From contig NC_086108.1 in assembly GCF_963921235.1 (NCBI RefSeq), positions 50,160,001 through 50,220,000 on the forward strand: a stretch of 60,000 nt of DNA, given 5' to 3'. The DNA comes from Mobula hypostoma (Eukaryota). Position 1 is the stretch's first letter; the number at the start of each line of letters is the position of its first letter. The notes under the pieces were generated by a model. The model made no database searches. It worked only from the letters and a program-made list of their open reading frames with translations, and had not been told where the DNA came from. Below, piece after piece: positions 25,731-38,688 of this stretch. The position numbers and the translations under genes are program-made.

Positions 25731-27349
<1,619 letters not shown>

Positions 27350-28820
27350 TACATCACCCCCAAGTACCCTTCTAAAATCTTAAGTTGTGGAAATACTTCC
27401 TTAACAACAGTAGATGAACCGAGTTGTTCAAGAAAATGATTCAGTGCTGCTGCCTTAAAGACAACTGTCAATGTTGAACAAATTCTGACTCTGGTAGAGA
27501 CGGCTGCATCGTAGGAAATTACAGTTACATCAGATTCAAAACATTATCACAGAACACAAGCCTTTCTCCGCATATCGCTTTACACTGTTTTGGGAAGAAG
27601 CTCTAACTTTAACAATGAAGGAACTTACTGTACTTAGCACCCAAAATACAGACCCGGGAACACTTGTGGAGTTGTTATATAGCAATATGTACCAGACATC
27701 AGGGTGCAGGAAAACTGGCACAAATCTAACATTGAATCGTTCCATGGGTTGCTGTGGAGAGGCTGAGGCAAGAAGTGTGGTCACTGAATGCTGACGCCTA
27801 GGGTCTAGGGTTAGCATGGTAAGGGGTTGCTCAGATATGACATCGTACTCAGCTTCTCCAGGTGTTGACACACTAGATACTCAGATGTCATTTATTACCT
27901 CCTGTCTAATGTCTCGCAAGTTGCTGTCTTCTTTCTTTTGTCTGGCTGGACAGCAATAGATTTCTCTAATGTAACAAGCTCAAGTGAGAGACTACATTTC
28001 CCAACACATCCGAGAGAGGACCCAAGTGGTCATTAACAAAGCAACCTCTGAAATTGTACTCAGCAGACTTGAGCACCGCACCTCAGTGCAGAGTGACCGC
28101 ATTCTGCCCATTCCCAGTGCCACAGCAGCTTCTTCACTCCAAGCCTTGGACAATGCAGTGCTGTGAGAGCACCAGTGGAGGGATTAGCCCCAGGTTCCCA
28201 CCGTGACACAGTGCTGCCTAACAAGATCTCGTTTGTTAGAAAAAAAATGGCACAGCATCCATTCCTGGACCGGTTGTATCTCCTGGACCAACATCACTAA
28301 ACTAAATCTGGTGTCTGGGGCCAGTGATGAGCAGGTACATGTAATTCTGTTAGCAGTTAATGAAATCCCCGACGAGATGAAATTAAATCCTTTATACTTG
28401 CAGTCTTATAGGAACAGGAATGAGAAGCAACATGTGTATTTGTGCAGTTGTGGGTTCAGTATTGTAGAACACGAGCTCGTGATCTTCATTACAATAATTA
28501 GGATGCAGTGCGTGAGGTGTGGTTCTTCATCTGAGACACGAAACTAAATCTCTGCCGGCTTGTACCACTTTTTGAGTGAGTATAATGAGATTATCAACTG
28601 ATTTTGCACCTGGTGTTGGGACAGCATTCCTAATGCTACCAAAACCCAATCAATATTTTACTGTCGTTCAAACTTTGTGATCCGTGAAACAGCTGCTGCC
28701 TTTGCTACATGATGATAGTCACAGTTTAACTCCTTGTTGTGCATGAAATATTCAGAAATGATGACAAAGGACAAACTCAATAACTTACTTTCTTTTCTCT
28801 TAACACATAGAGTCTCTTAC

Positions 28821-28879
28821 CTGAATCTTCTTTGAAGGTTCTATCACCTGTGGGCTGGTCATGCTGGGTGAATTTTCAT
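28821..28879 (-). CDS. NCF2: NCF2 linker exon (DENSPSMTSPQVIEPSKKIQ)
   Basis: 59 nt, strong tttttacag acceptor and CAG|gtaaga donor; converts phase 1 to phase 0 as required. Little sequence homology, so called on splice signals and phase. Confidence 0.72.
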
Positions 28880-28944
28880 CTGTAAAAACAGTCAATTTTT
28901 TTTTTTCAGAAACCATTTTGTGAATTTAACTCAATCAATTGGCT

Positions 28945-30405
28945 GATTGGAGAAGGTGCTTGGGAAACTGAAAGGTCTGAAGGTAGATCAGTTATCTGGA
29001 CCAGATGGACTACATGCCAGGGTTCTGAAAGAGGTAGCTGAAGAGATTGCGGAGGCATTAGTAATGATCTTTCCGGAATCACTAGATTCTGGCTTGGTTC
29101 TGGAGGACTGGAACATTGTAAATGTCATTCCACTCTTCAAGAAGGGAGGGAGGCAGAAGAAAGGAAATTATAGGCCAGTTGTCCTGACCTTAGTGATTGG
29201 GGAGAGGCTAGAGTCGATTGATAAAGATAAGGTCTGGGGACACAAAGGCACTTGGTAAAATAGGCCAAAATCAGCATAGTTTCCTCAAGGGAAAATCTTG
29301 GCTGACAAATCTGTTGGAGGTCTTTGAAGGAAAAACAAGTAGGATAGATAAAGGAGAATCAGCGGATGTTGTTTACTTGGATTTTCAGAAGACCTTTGAC
29401 AACATGAGGCTGCTTAACAAGTTAAATGTTGGGACTGCTTGTTTTTATGTTCAATGTCTGTGATTTGGATGGCAGAATTGGTGGCTTTGTGGTCAAGTCT
29501 GGGGATGATATTAAGATACATGGAAGGGTAGGTAGTGTTGAGAAAGCCAGAAGGTTGCAGAAGGACTTGGATAGATGAGAAGAATGGGCAAAGAAATGGC
29601 AGATAGAATACAGTGTCAGGAAATGTAGAGTTGTGTACTTTAGTGGAAGGAACAAAAGCATAGTCTACTTCCTAAAGGGGAGAAAATGCAAAAACCTGAG
29701 GTGCAAAGGGACTTGGGAGTCCTCGTGAAAAATTCCCTAAAAGTTAATTTGCAGGTTGAGTCAGTGGTGAGGAAGGAAAATGCAATGATAGCATTCATTT
29801 CAAGAGGACTAGGATATAAAAGTAAAGATGTAATGCTGAGGTTTTATAGGGCACTTGTGAGGCCGCACTTGGAGGATCGTGAACAGTTTTAAGTCCATTA
29901 TCTAAAAAAGGATCTGCTGACTTTGGAGAGGGTTCAAAGGAGATTCATGAAAATTGTTATTGTATGAGAAGCGTAAGATGACTCTAGGCCTTTACGCACT
30001 GGAATTTAGAAGAATAAGGTGGGATTTCATTGAAACCTATCAAATGTTAAAAGGCCTAGATAGAGGGGACATGGAGAGGTTATTTCCTATTGTGGGCGAG
30101 TCTAGGACTAGAGGGCACAGCCTCAGAATAGAGGGATGTCCATTTAGAACACAGATGAGGAGGAATTTCTTTAGCCAGAGGCTGGTGAATCTGTGACAGT
30201 TGTTGCCACAGATGGCAGTGGAAGCCAGGTTATTGGGTGTATTTAAGACGTAGGTTGAAAGATTCTTGATTAGTCAGGGTGGGAAAGGTCAACAGGGAGA
30301 AGGCAGGAGAATGGGGCTGAGAGGGAAATGGATCAGTCATGACCAAATGGTGGAGCAGACCCAATGGGTCAAATAGCCTAACTCTGTTCCTATGACTTAT
30401 GTCTA
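28945..30405 (+). mobile_element. Degenerate CR1 LINE, RT region and 3' end
   Basis: GPDGLHARVLKE, GNYRPV and YLDFQK fragments across several broken ORFs. Confidence 0.88.
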
Positions 30406-30439
30406 GTCATGCAATTGATTACTGTAACATTTATAATTA

Positions 30440-30760
30440 AAGATTGAGGATTACCTTTACTTGTCAGATGTACGTCAAAACGTACAGAGAAATGTAGGTT
30501 GGTTGTGTCAATAATGAGCACAGTCAAGGCTGTGCTGCGGGCAGCTCACAACCGTCACCATGTTTTTGGCACCAGCGTAGCATACCCAAAATTTACTAAC
30601 CCATACTAACTCGTACGACTTTTGAAGTTGGAAGGAAATCAGAGAACCCAGATGAATCCCACACGGTCATGGCGAGAATATACAAACTCCTTACAGACGG
30701 TGCTGGGAAGTGAACACAGATTGCTAGTGCTGTAAAGCATTATGACTCCCGTTCACTGCC
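30440..30760 (-). mobile_element. Probable tRNA-derived SINE
   Basis: Resembles shark SINE bodies (gaaatcagagaacccagatgaatcccacacggtcatggcgagaatatacaaactccttacagac); degraded. Confidence 0.45.
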
Positions 30761-30988
30761 ACATTCTCATTACTTGAAACCCTCAGTCCAGGATCAGGAT
30801 GCTGAATAACCAGAGTCTATTTCTTCAGTCAACAAGATAACTCGTTCATACAGATTATGGGAGTGAAATACAACCATATTCAAGGATGCTTAAGTTCCAA
30901 CTTATTTTAAAAACTGTTGCTATTCCTGGGGTGGTTGGTATCCAGATCATTCAAGGTTCAGGCTAAAATCTCCAACCATGATTAGGAT

Positions 30989-31024
30989 AGTCCTGACGAA
31001 GGGTCTCGGCCTGAAACATCGACT
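30989..31024 (+). ncRNA. Minimal type I hammerhead ribozyme motif
   Basis: AGTC-CTGACGA-a-GGGT(ctcg)GCCT-GAAAC-ATC-GACT: stem I AGTC/GACT, core CUGANGA and GAAA, NUH triplet. Confidence 0.7.
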
Positions 31025-31122
31025 GTACCTTGTCCTAGAGATGCTGCCTGGCCTGCTGCGTTCACCAGCAACTTTGATGTGTGTTGCTTGAATTTCCAGC
31101 ATCTGCAGAATTCCTGTTGTTT
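30989..31122 (+). mobile_element. Micro Penelope-like insertion starting with a hammerhead motif
   Basis: 13-bp TSD ccatgattaggat (30976-30988, 31123-31135); PLE terminal sequence. Confidence 0.82.
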
Positions 31123-31881
31123 CCATGATTAGGATGATGTGTTTGATTAGTATTCCTTTCAGTGCACTTGTTCTAATGGAGAGAAGCCTGTGGCAGATCC
31201 TTCAAGCTGCAATGACTGGAGTTCATTCCATCATCCCTGGAGCCCCAATAACTCTTAAAGTTACCATACGCTCCTTGTCAAACTGAAATCTGGCCTCTCA
31301 AAGGTCTGTTCTCAATTTAGAGTTTGCCCATGATCAATTGTCACTATCGCTATCAAAGGCATTGGGAACTCTCCATCAAACAGTAACCTATATAAGAAGG
31401 GACAAGGGAAAAAGACATACATTTCTCCTGTTTTTCCAAGGACGCCATGCACACCATCATTGCTTTGCAGGAAGGCTTGGTGTGGTTTTTAATTAAAGGA
31501 CACCAATCTACTATGGAACCTGTCAGCAGCTGTGGTTCCTGCGCTCCCACACCAGCATCAGTCTTTAAACTGTAGATGCTAGAAACTTGAAATAAAAACA
31601 CTGTTGGAAACACTCAACAATTTACATCTGTGGAGATACAAGAAACAATAATGTTTTGCATCCAGGACTTTCTATTTGAACCAATCTAAGAACTGTGACT
31701 TGTAAAGATAATTTCTCTCTACACAGATGTGCCCTGACTTGTTGAGTGTTTCCTGCAATTTTATTCTATTCCTCATGAACACAGTGATTAATTTCTCCTA
31801 TTGAATATAACTTAATGTGTTAAAATCTTTTTAGCTAGGACAATTGTAGTTATAATCGCACTGTGTGCTGAAACTGCTCAC

Positions 31882-31957
31882 CTTTCACACCAGGCGGTCT
31901 GTCAGGAGCTGTTGTCCTGGGCGGCGCAGGGATCTCAGGAGAGGGCAATCTTTCTGC
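31882..31957 (-). CDS. NCF2: NCF2 exon (AERLPSPEIPAPPRTTAPDRPPGVK)
   Basis: 76 nt, tag/gtgagc; matches the human ...DIPAPPSSKAPGRP... exon. Confidence 0.88.
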
Positions 31958-33289
31958 CTAATCAGAAAGTGCACACAAAATAAATCGTTATCTTTTATAG
32001 AAAAGCTCAACTTGGAGTTTTCTTTAAAATAAACTACACAAAACAGTATTTACAAACTATTTTCTGCACTGATAAAGTTAGGGTGGGTTTGCATTGTTTT
32101 TTATCATTCCATTTAGCAAAGTATCATTAGTTCTCTTTCCGACTTGGTTATAGTAACATCCCACTGCTGGGAGGGAACTGAATTTAATTTAAAGTATATT
32201 TATTATTAAAGTATGTATACCATATACAACTTCACGATTTATCTTGCAGGCAGCCACAAAGCAAAGAAACACAACAGAATTTACAAAGAACCCACACCAC
32301 AAAGACAGTCATTCATCCAAAATGAAAAAAAGTAAGAACAAATCATGCAAACCATTTTTTTTTAAAGAAGCGAACAATCTACAGAAAGTGAACCACAGAG
32401 TCCCTGAAAGCAAGCCCACAGCTTTGGAGCCAGTTCAGAACTGCAGCCGGTCCAGGTGTCCGATGGCAGCAGGCCACAGTCACAGAGTCAGTTTAGCACT
32501 GAGACGAGATAAAGCCTCATGGAGCAGTGAACTGAATCCCAGTTCATCCTCTGTCTCAGCCTCAATGCCTTATTCTTTTTAATCAGGCTCAGCGCTGAAA
32601 TTGGTCAAACATCGATTCATTATCCACTCTTGGTCCCGGGCACCGCCCCTTCAGTCTGGCCCCAAGTCCGCTGCAGCAATGGCTGTTGTGGCCGTACCTG
32701 CAGACTCAAGAGTCCAGTTTGCCAAATATTTCAGGATACAACAAAACAACCGGGTTGGGGTTGTACAGACAGTACAAAAGCACACCTTCCAGCAGGAACT
32801 TACAGGCACAGATTGAAGTGACCATACTCCCAAAATTTAGTAGAAATGTCAGTAGTTTGTTAGCTACCTGCAAAGTCGCCATGTCTTACCAGTGCCACCT
32901 TCGCATTCAGACACTTGAAGTGTGCCTCTTGCTTTCGTTCACAGGTCACCATCAATAGGTGGGCCAATCTGCAATTCTCCTGGGCACTGATAAACTAATT
33001 GATGTCTGGAGCCCCCCCCCCTCCACCCCATTACCAGCATGGCTGTACAGACATACTCATGCACTGTCACAAGGTTGTTATTGGGACTGACTGATTATTG
33101 TTCGCTCAACACTAGTTCCCTAACCCAGTTATACTGGGCCTGCTGCCCCTCAGAGTGGGATGACCACAGTGCAGGGAGCAAATACAACACGTGCCTGTGA
33201 TTTCTGTAGCCATTGTGGAAAGCTTGAAACTCAATAAAGGTTCCTAAACATGAAGCAAAATGAGGCATTTGTCTCATAAACAGTTTTAC

Positions 33290-33337
33290 CTTCATTGGTT
33301 CCAGTGGCTCCAAATAATTGTAGGGAACTAACCCAGT
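33290..33337 (-). CDS. NCF2: NCF2 exon (end of N-SH3; TGLVPYNYLEPLEPMK)
   Basis: 48 nt, tag/gtaaaa; human counterpart begins KGLVPCNYLEPVE. Confidence 0.9.
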
Positions 33338-35582
33338 CTAATAAACAAGAAACAAGAGTTAGCAAATGTCTATAAACAGCATGCTTCACATATTAATACA
33401 ACCAAACTAAATGTGACAACAGCTGCCAGGAAGATCTTTAAAATTAAATTTAATGTACAATATTGAGCTGAAAATTGCAAAAACTCCCCATATTGTTTTA
33501 TACAGGTAGAAGAACAAGAATTAGTGCTACTACGAGAGTGTTATGAATAAACTCAAGTTGAGGTGATCCTCAATGATACTCCGACATCCCCCACCACTCC
33601 TCAGCCATGTCGGCCTTCCTGAGGCACCAAAGGGCTATCATCAGGTTACCACCCCTGCCAAATTCAAAATGAACTGGCAGCACAGGGATTGGAATCAGAG
33701 CCAGTTTTGGTACAATTAAAGGACATCAGTTTATTTCTCTGCATACACACTGTTTGAGCTTAAGTACTTCTGTCTTTTTCTGCTTTTATTTCAATTTCAG
33801 TTCAGGTGAATTTTGATAGTTCTCAGCCAGCCCACTAGATGGAGCAGTGTGGAGACGACAGGAAGAGGAACAGAAAATAGTGACTCTAAATGGTAATGCT
33901 CATTTCAGATGCACCGGAAATTGACAGCTCATCTTACTGCAGCTGGTTTGCCTCTACCCCTGTAGAAATGTATGCAATCGTATGTATATTCTATATACAG
34001 AACTTTGGGGGTTGGGGCACATTTTGGTCTTTGCAGTCGGAGCTTTGGCTGTCATCTACAAGTGCTGTGTTAATGCTTGTACAGGAGAATAAACTTCCAT
34101 GAGGACGAGAGTCAGCCTCCGCCTTTGATGTATTAAAATCATGGAGGGCCAGACCCAGATGTAATATCTGTAATTGATAGTGTTGCCATCACCAGTTCTA
34201 GGATCTCTCGTGTTTGATTTTTTTTCTATAACTTCAGGCAATTATGGTATCCATATGGTAGCCTTCTGGTATCTGACCATTTACCTTTGACAAATTGCAC
34301 CCTGGTGGTTTTATAACTTTGCACCGGCAACCTCTGTGAGTGAAGTCACAACAGGTGGAAAACTATGTGAACAAAGAACTAAAGGCGGGGAGTGCAGCTA
34401 ACCGAGGAAATGGAGCCCATTTGTTCACTTCCCTTACACCTCTCTCTCTGCCAATGAGATTGCCAAACTGCAGGCTGCTCCAAAACCAAATGAGAGGCAA
34501 GTTGTTCTGGGGAAGCAAACGGATTACTGAAATCTAAGTGATCTGAGCCCTGGGTCAGCCGTGCAGGAACCAGGAACTAACCGAATAAATGAAGCACAGA
34601 CAGTTCCAGGCACTGAGCTCTCCAATTGACTGCTGAAGGGGAAACATGTACTGAAGGGCAAAATCAAAAAAAAAATGTGGAGACCTTAGAAGGTTAAGCA
34701 GCCCCTGTGGAGGGAGGAAGAGTTATTGATTTGAAACATTAACTGTTTCTCTCTTCACAGATGCTGCTTGATTTGCTGAGTGTTTCCAGTATTTTCTGGT
34801 CTTTATTTCAGTTCTAGTATGTGCAATTGTTCACCACGATGTGGAGTAAGTACTCATTGCCAGAACATCCCACTAAGTTTATTGAGAACTGCATTGTGGA
34901 AACTGGAGCAGACTCCGTGGTGAAACAAGCATCATGTCAATAAGCTAAAGTCCACTTCAATATGTCTCCAAGTTATTTTCTGAATTCAACAGAACATCCT
35001 GGTTACCCTAATTCACACATCCATTACCATGCAGATTATACAGTATTAGATGTGTTAGTTTAGAAGCATTTGTGAGGTGATATCTTTTCCTTCTGGATAT
35101 TTGCCAGTTTGAGAGCATTGAATGACCCAACAGTCAAATCTATTTTGATCCTAACACTCCAGTTGTGACAGTGTGGACAAGCCCATCAACTCTCCAAGGG
35201 AGAACCCATAGGAGTGAAGGGTGACCCAAGGTTTGGCACTAACAACCTGCCAAAGATAAATTATTTTTACATTAATAGGTATTTCAGACCAGCTACTATG
35301 TTGCTTTTCCTCAATTACGATCTGTTATTGCAAACAATGTTGACATGTTAAAAACACTGAGTTCTACATAACACAAGGATGCAGCAAACCAACCATCATG
35401 TACATGCTAGCTTGTTGTGTCAAATGTCATCAGCTGTATGCCCATAATTTCACCATAAACCTTCAGAATGGTACTCCGAATAAAAGAAATTGCCATACGG
35501 TTCTGAGTTGGCGAGCTACATCCAATGATCTCCTGAAGTGTGTGCACTGTGCCCTGCTGAGAATTGCTCCATTGAAACTTGC

Positions 35583-35724
35583 CTTGTCGTTGAACATGAT
35601 TGTGGCCCAGTTGTCCTGACCTTGCTCCTGCAGGAAGACGATATTTCCTGGCTGCAATTCCAGCTCCTTTTCATTATTGGGGATGAAGTTAAATAACACA
35701 CGGTAAGGTTTTCCCTCCAGTGTT
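35583..35724 (-). CDS. NCF2: NCF2 exon (N-terminal SH3; TLEGKPYRVLFNFIP...DNWATIMFNDK), GC donor
   Basis: 142 nt, tag acceptor; homology ends at AAG|GCAAGT, a GC 5' splice site. Confidence 0.93.
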
Positions 35725-36009
35725 CTACAGAGATAAAAGAAACTTCATTAAACCTGGTCACATCCCCATATGTACATTTTTCAATGTTTAAGCATCACAG
35801 CTGAGTTAACGAGATAATTTTATGTGCTGGCACATCTCTACAAAAAATAATGCCACTGATCATGTGTCGAACTTCATAGGCTATGAACTGATGGACAGAT
35901 TTCAATCACAAGAAAGAACCCCTCACAAAGAGATTAAGCTGAATAACTCTTTCGAAAATGAGCCTAGTTGGGTGTAATTTTACAGTACTTTTGAATAAAA
36001 TTGACTGAA

Positions 36010-36146
36010 TCAATCTTGCCAAAGGGTTTTGGCCCACAACATTGACTGTGCTCTTTTCGGTAGATGCTGCCTGGCCTGCTGAGTTCCTCCAGCATTTTGG
36101 CAGTGTTGTTTGGATTTCCAGCATCTGCGGATTTTCTTTTGTTTGC
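36010..36146 (+). mobile_element. Degenerate Penelope-like terminal repeat
   Basis: gatgctgcctggcctgctgagttcctccagc...ccagcatctgcgga; decayed hammerhead at its 5' side. Confidence 0.65.
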
Positions 36147-36489
36147 GAAATTATAGAATAACTAACTGCTGGAAATGAAGAGATCAAGGTTGTGCTGGAG
36201 ACACAAACATCAGTAACTGTTGTGAAGTCTGGATTTATTCCTTTTGGGATCTGAGACATTAAATGAAGCAGAGTCCACAATGGGAGAAGGAAGCATGGCC
36301 TGTGCATGGGAGGCTGACAACAAGAGGATGTTAATCTGAGAAATATGGTGAATGGTGTAATTAGCTTAATTGTGGTAATTTATTCTCAGGACCCCTGCTC
36401 AGCTCTGGGAGCAACTACTCCTTTTGCAGTTTCTGATTTCAACCCCATCCCCCACAAATCTATGCAGCGGAGACCGAGGAACTGTGAGA

Positions 36490-37095
36490 AAGCAATAGCA
36501 TTAGTCGAGCTATTTAGTTCAAAAGTCAAGAGATTATGTTGCAACTTCATAAAACTCTGGTTAGGCTACATGTGGAGCGTTGCATACAGTTCTGGTGCCC
36601 CACTGTTGAGGTTTTGGCGACAGTTTTAGATGAGACTCACCAGGATGCTGTCTGGTTTAGGGGCTATCACAAGAGGCTGCGTAAGCTTGGGTCATTTTCC
36701 CTAGAGTGCCGGAGGCTGAGGGGAGATCTGACAGAGGTTTACAATATTACGAGAGGCATAGATAGAGAGTATCCATTTCCCAGGGTTGAAATGTCTAATG
36801 CCAGAGAGAATGCGCTGAAGGTGAGAGGGCATAGGTTCAAGGGGGATGTGAGGGGTAAACTTTTTACTCAGAGAGTAGAAGATGCCTGAAAACCACTGCC
36901 TGGCATGGTGGAAGAGGCAAATAACATCAGAGGCTTTTAACAGACATTTGGATAGGCACATGGATATAAGGAGGAGATAAGGAAAATAGAGGGATATGGA
37001 CATGGTGTAGGTAGGAGGGATTAGTGTTTGGGTGCTTTTGATTTGCTTGTTGGCTAATGGCCTGTTCCTGTGCTGTGCTCTTCAATGTTCTATTT
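36490..37095 (+). mobile_element. CR1 LINE 3' fragment
   Basis: LQLHKTLVRLHVERCIQFW...RRLRGDL. Confidence 0.8.
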
Positions 37096-37409
37096 TTATA
37101 ATTGACAGGGTAGAAAGAGAGATAGTCAGGATATTTGTGAGAGTTGATAGGTTTGTAAAAGTTGTCAGTGGATAGACTGTCTCCAGCGATCCCCCCCTAC
37201 CCCACCCACCAGCCTTACCCCTCAGCTGGTCTTACCTATCACCTGTTAGTTCCCTGCCTCCACCCCCACCTTCTTATGCTGGCCTCTATGGCTATCCTCT
37301 TCAGCCCTGATGAAGGGTTTCAGCCCAAAATATCAATTGTTTATCCCCTCCATCGATGCCGCCTGACTTGCTGAGATCCTCTAACATTTAGTATGACAAA
37401 TTTATAGGA

Positions 37410-38330
37410 ACACAATCACGCCACTGTTGCTGGTAGAATCACAGATTGCGACAAGGAGGCCTAATGGATCGGCTGGTAGTGGTGTCTCAGCAACAACCTC
37501 CCACTCAATGTCAGCAAGACCAGGGACTTCAGGAAGGAGGAGTTAAGAGAGCACATACCAATTGCTCCAGGCTTCGTGTCTGAGGACTCACTTTCGTTCT
37601 AAATGCTATTTGCTCACTTTTATTGTTTGCACGATTTGTGTTTTTTCCCTCTCTGCACATTAGGTGTTTGTCGATTTTTTTTTAAATGGGTTCTTTTAGG
37701 TTTCTTGTTTTATGGCTGTCTATAAGTAGACAATTCTCATTGTATAATGTATACATACTTAGATAATAAATGTACTTTAAACTTTGAGGGGTCAGTGGTG
37801 TAAGGCTTGAAGTCCCTGATGTCAGTGTCTTGGAAGATCTATCCTGGGCCCAACTCATTGATGCAATCACAAAGATTGCGTTACTTCATTAGGAGTTTGA
37901 GGTGATTTGGCATGTCAGTAAAGACTCCAACATATTCCTGTAGATGTATGGTGGAAAGCATCCTGACTGATTACACCACATCCTGGTAGGGAACCTCCAT
38001 TGTACTGAGTTACAAGAGGCTGCAGAGGGCTGTAAACTCAGCCAGATCCATGATGGAGGCAGTGTCCAATATTAAAGACCCTTACCATCTGGGACCTGCC
38101 CACTTTGCATTAATATCATCAGGAAGAGGTACAGGAGCCACATTCAATGTTTTAAGGACAGCTCTCAGCCCCCACTATCAGATTTCTCAATGGTCTATGA
38201 ACACCTACCTTGTCTTTCGCACTATTTATTTACTTTTGCAAATTCAGAGTAATTTTTATGTCTGCACTGCAGCCACTAAATGACAAATTTCATGACACGT
38301 ATCAATGATAATAAACCTGGATGTGATTAT
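37410..38330 (+). mobile_element. Degraded Rex1/Babar-type LINE fragments
   Basis: NNLPLNVSKT-like and ESILT-like remnants; aataaacctg tail. Confidence 0.55.
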
Positions 38331-38499
38331 GAAGTTGATACTGTACTCAGTTTATCTTATGATCAAAGGGTACCAATGACTGAGTAAGTCACTGCAGCCT
38401 GAAACCATAGGCAAACATGCATACATCAGTTCCCCTGAGCTCTCTGCTCACCAGTATCCCATATAAGTACAGGCATAGCTCAAATTTTTAAAAACTTAC

Positions 38500-38543
38500 T
38501 TGAATTTTTCAGGTACTTTCTTCTGAGGAGCAGGTTCCGGTGC
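38500..38543 (-). CDS. NCF2: NCF2 exon (proline-rich region; APEPAPQKKVPEKFK)
   Basis: 44 nt, tttacag/gtaagt; human counterpart is AAEPPPRPKTPEIFR; phases fit neighbours. Confidence 0.88.
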
Positions 38544-38688
38544 CTGTAAATTAAATTTGAATAATGGATCTGATTCATATATTTGAAATCACCACGTTTT
38601 GCTCTAAAATGGTGGCTTCAACATGCATAATAAAATTCTCAGAGGAGGTAAACCACACTGACATTGCCTCAAAGTTTTGTGGCTAGTT

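Noticed and set aside
27536..27871. 111-aa minus-strand ORF in an NCF2 intron
   Set aside because: No recognisable domain or splice context; likely a chance ORF.
27899..27965. AG/GT-bounded 67-nt segment on - between NCF2 exons (possible poison exon)
   Set aside because: In phase 0 it contains a stop, has no homology and only moderate splice signals; the gene splices correctly without it.
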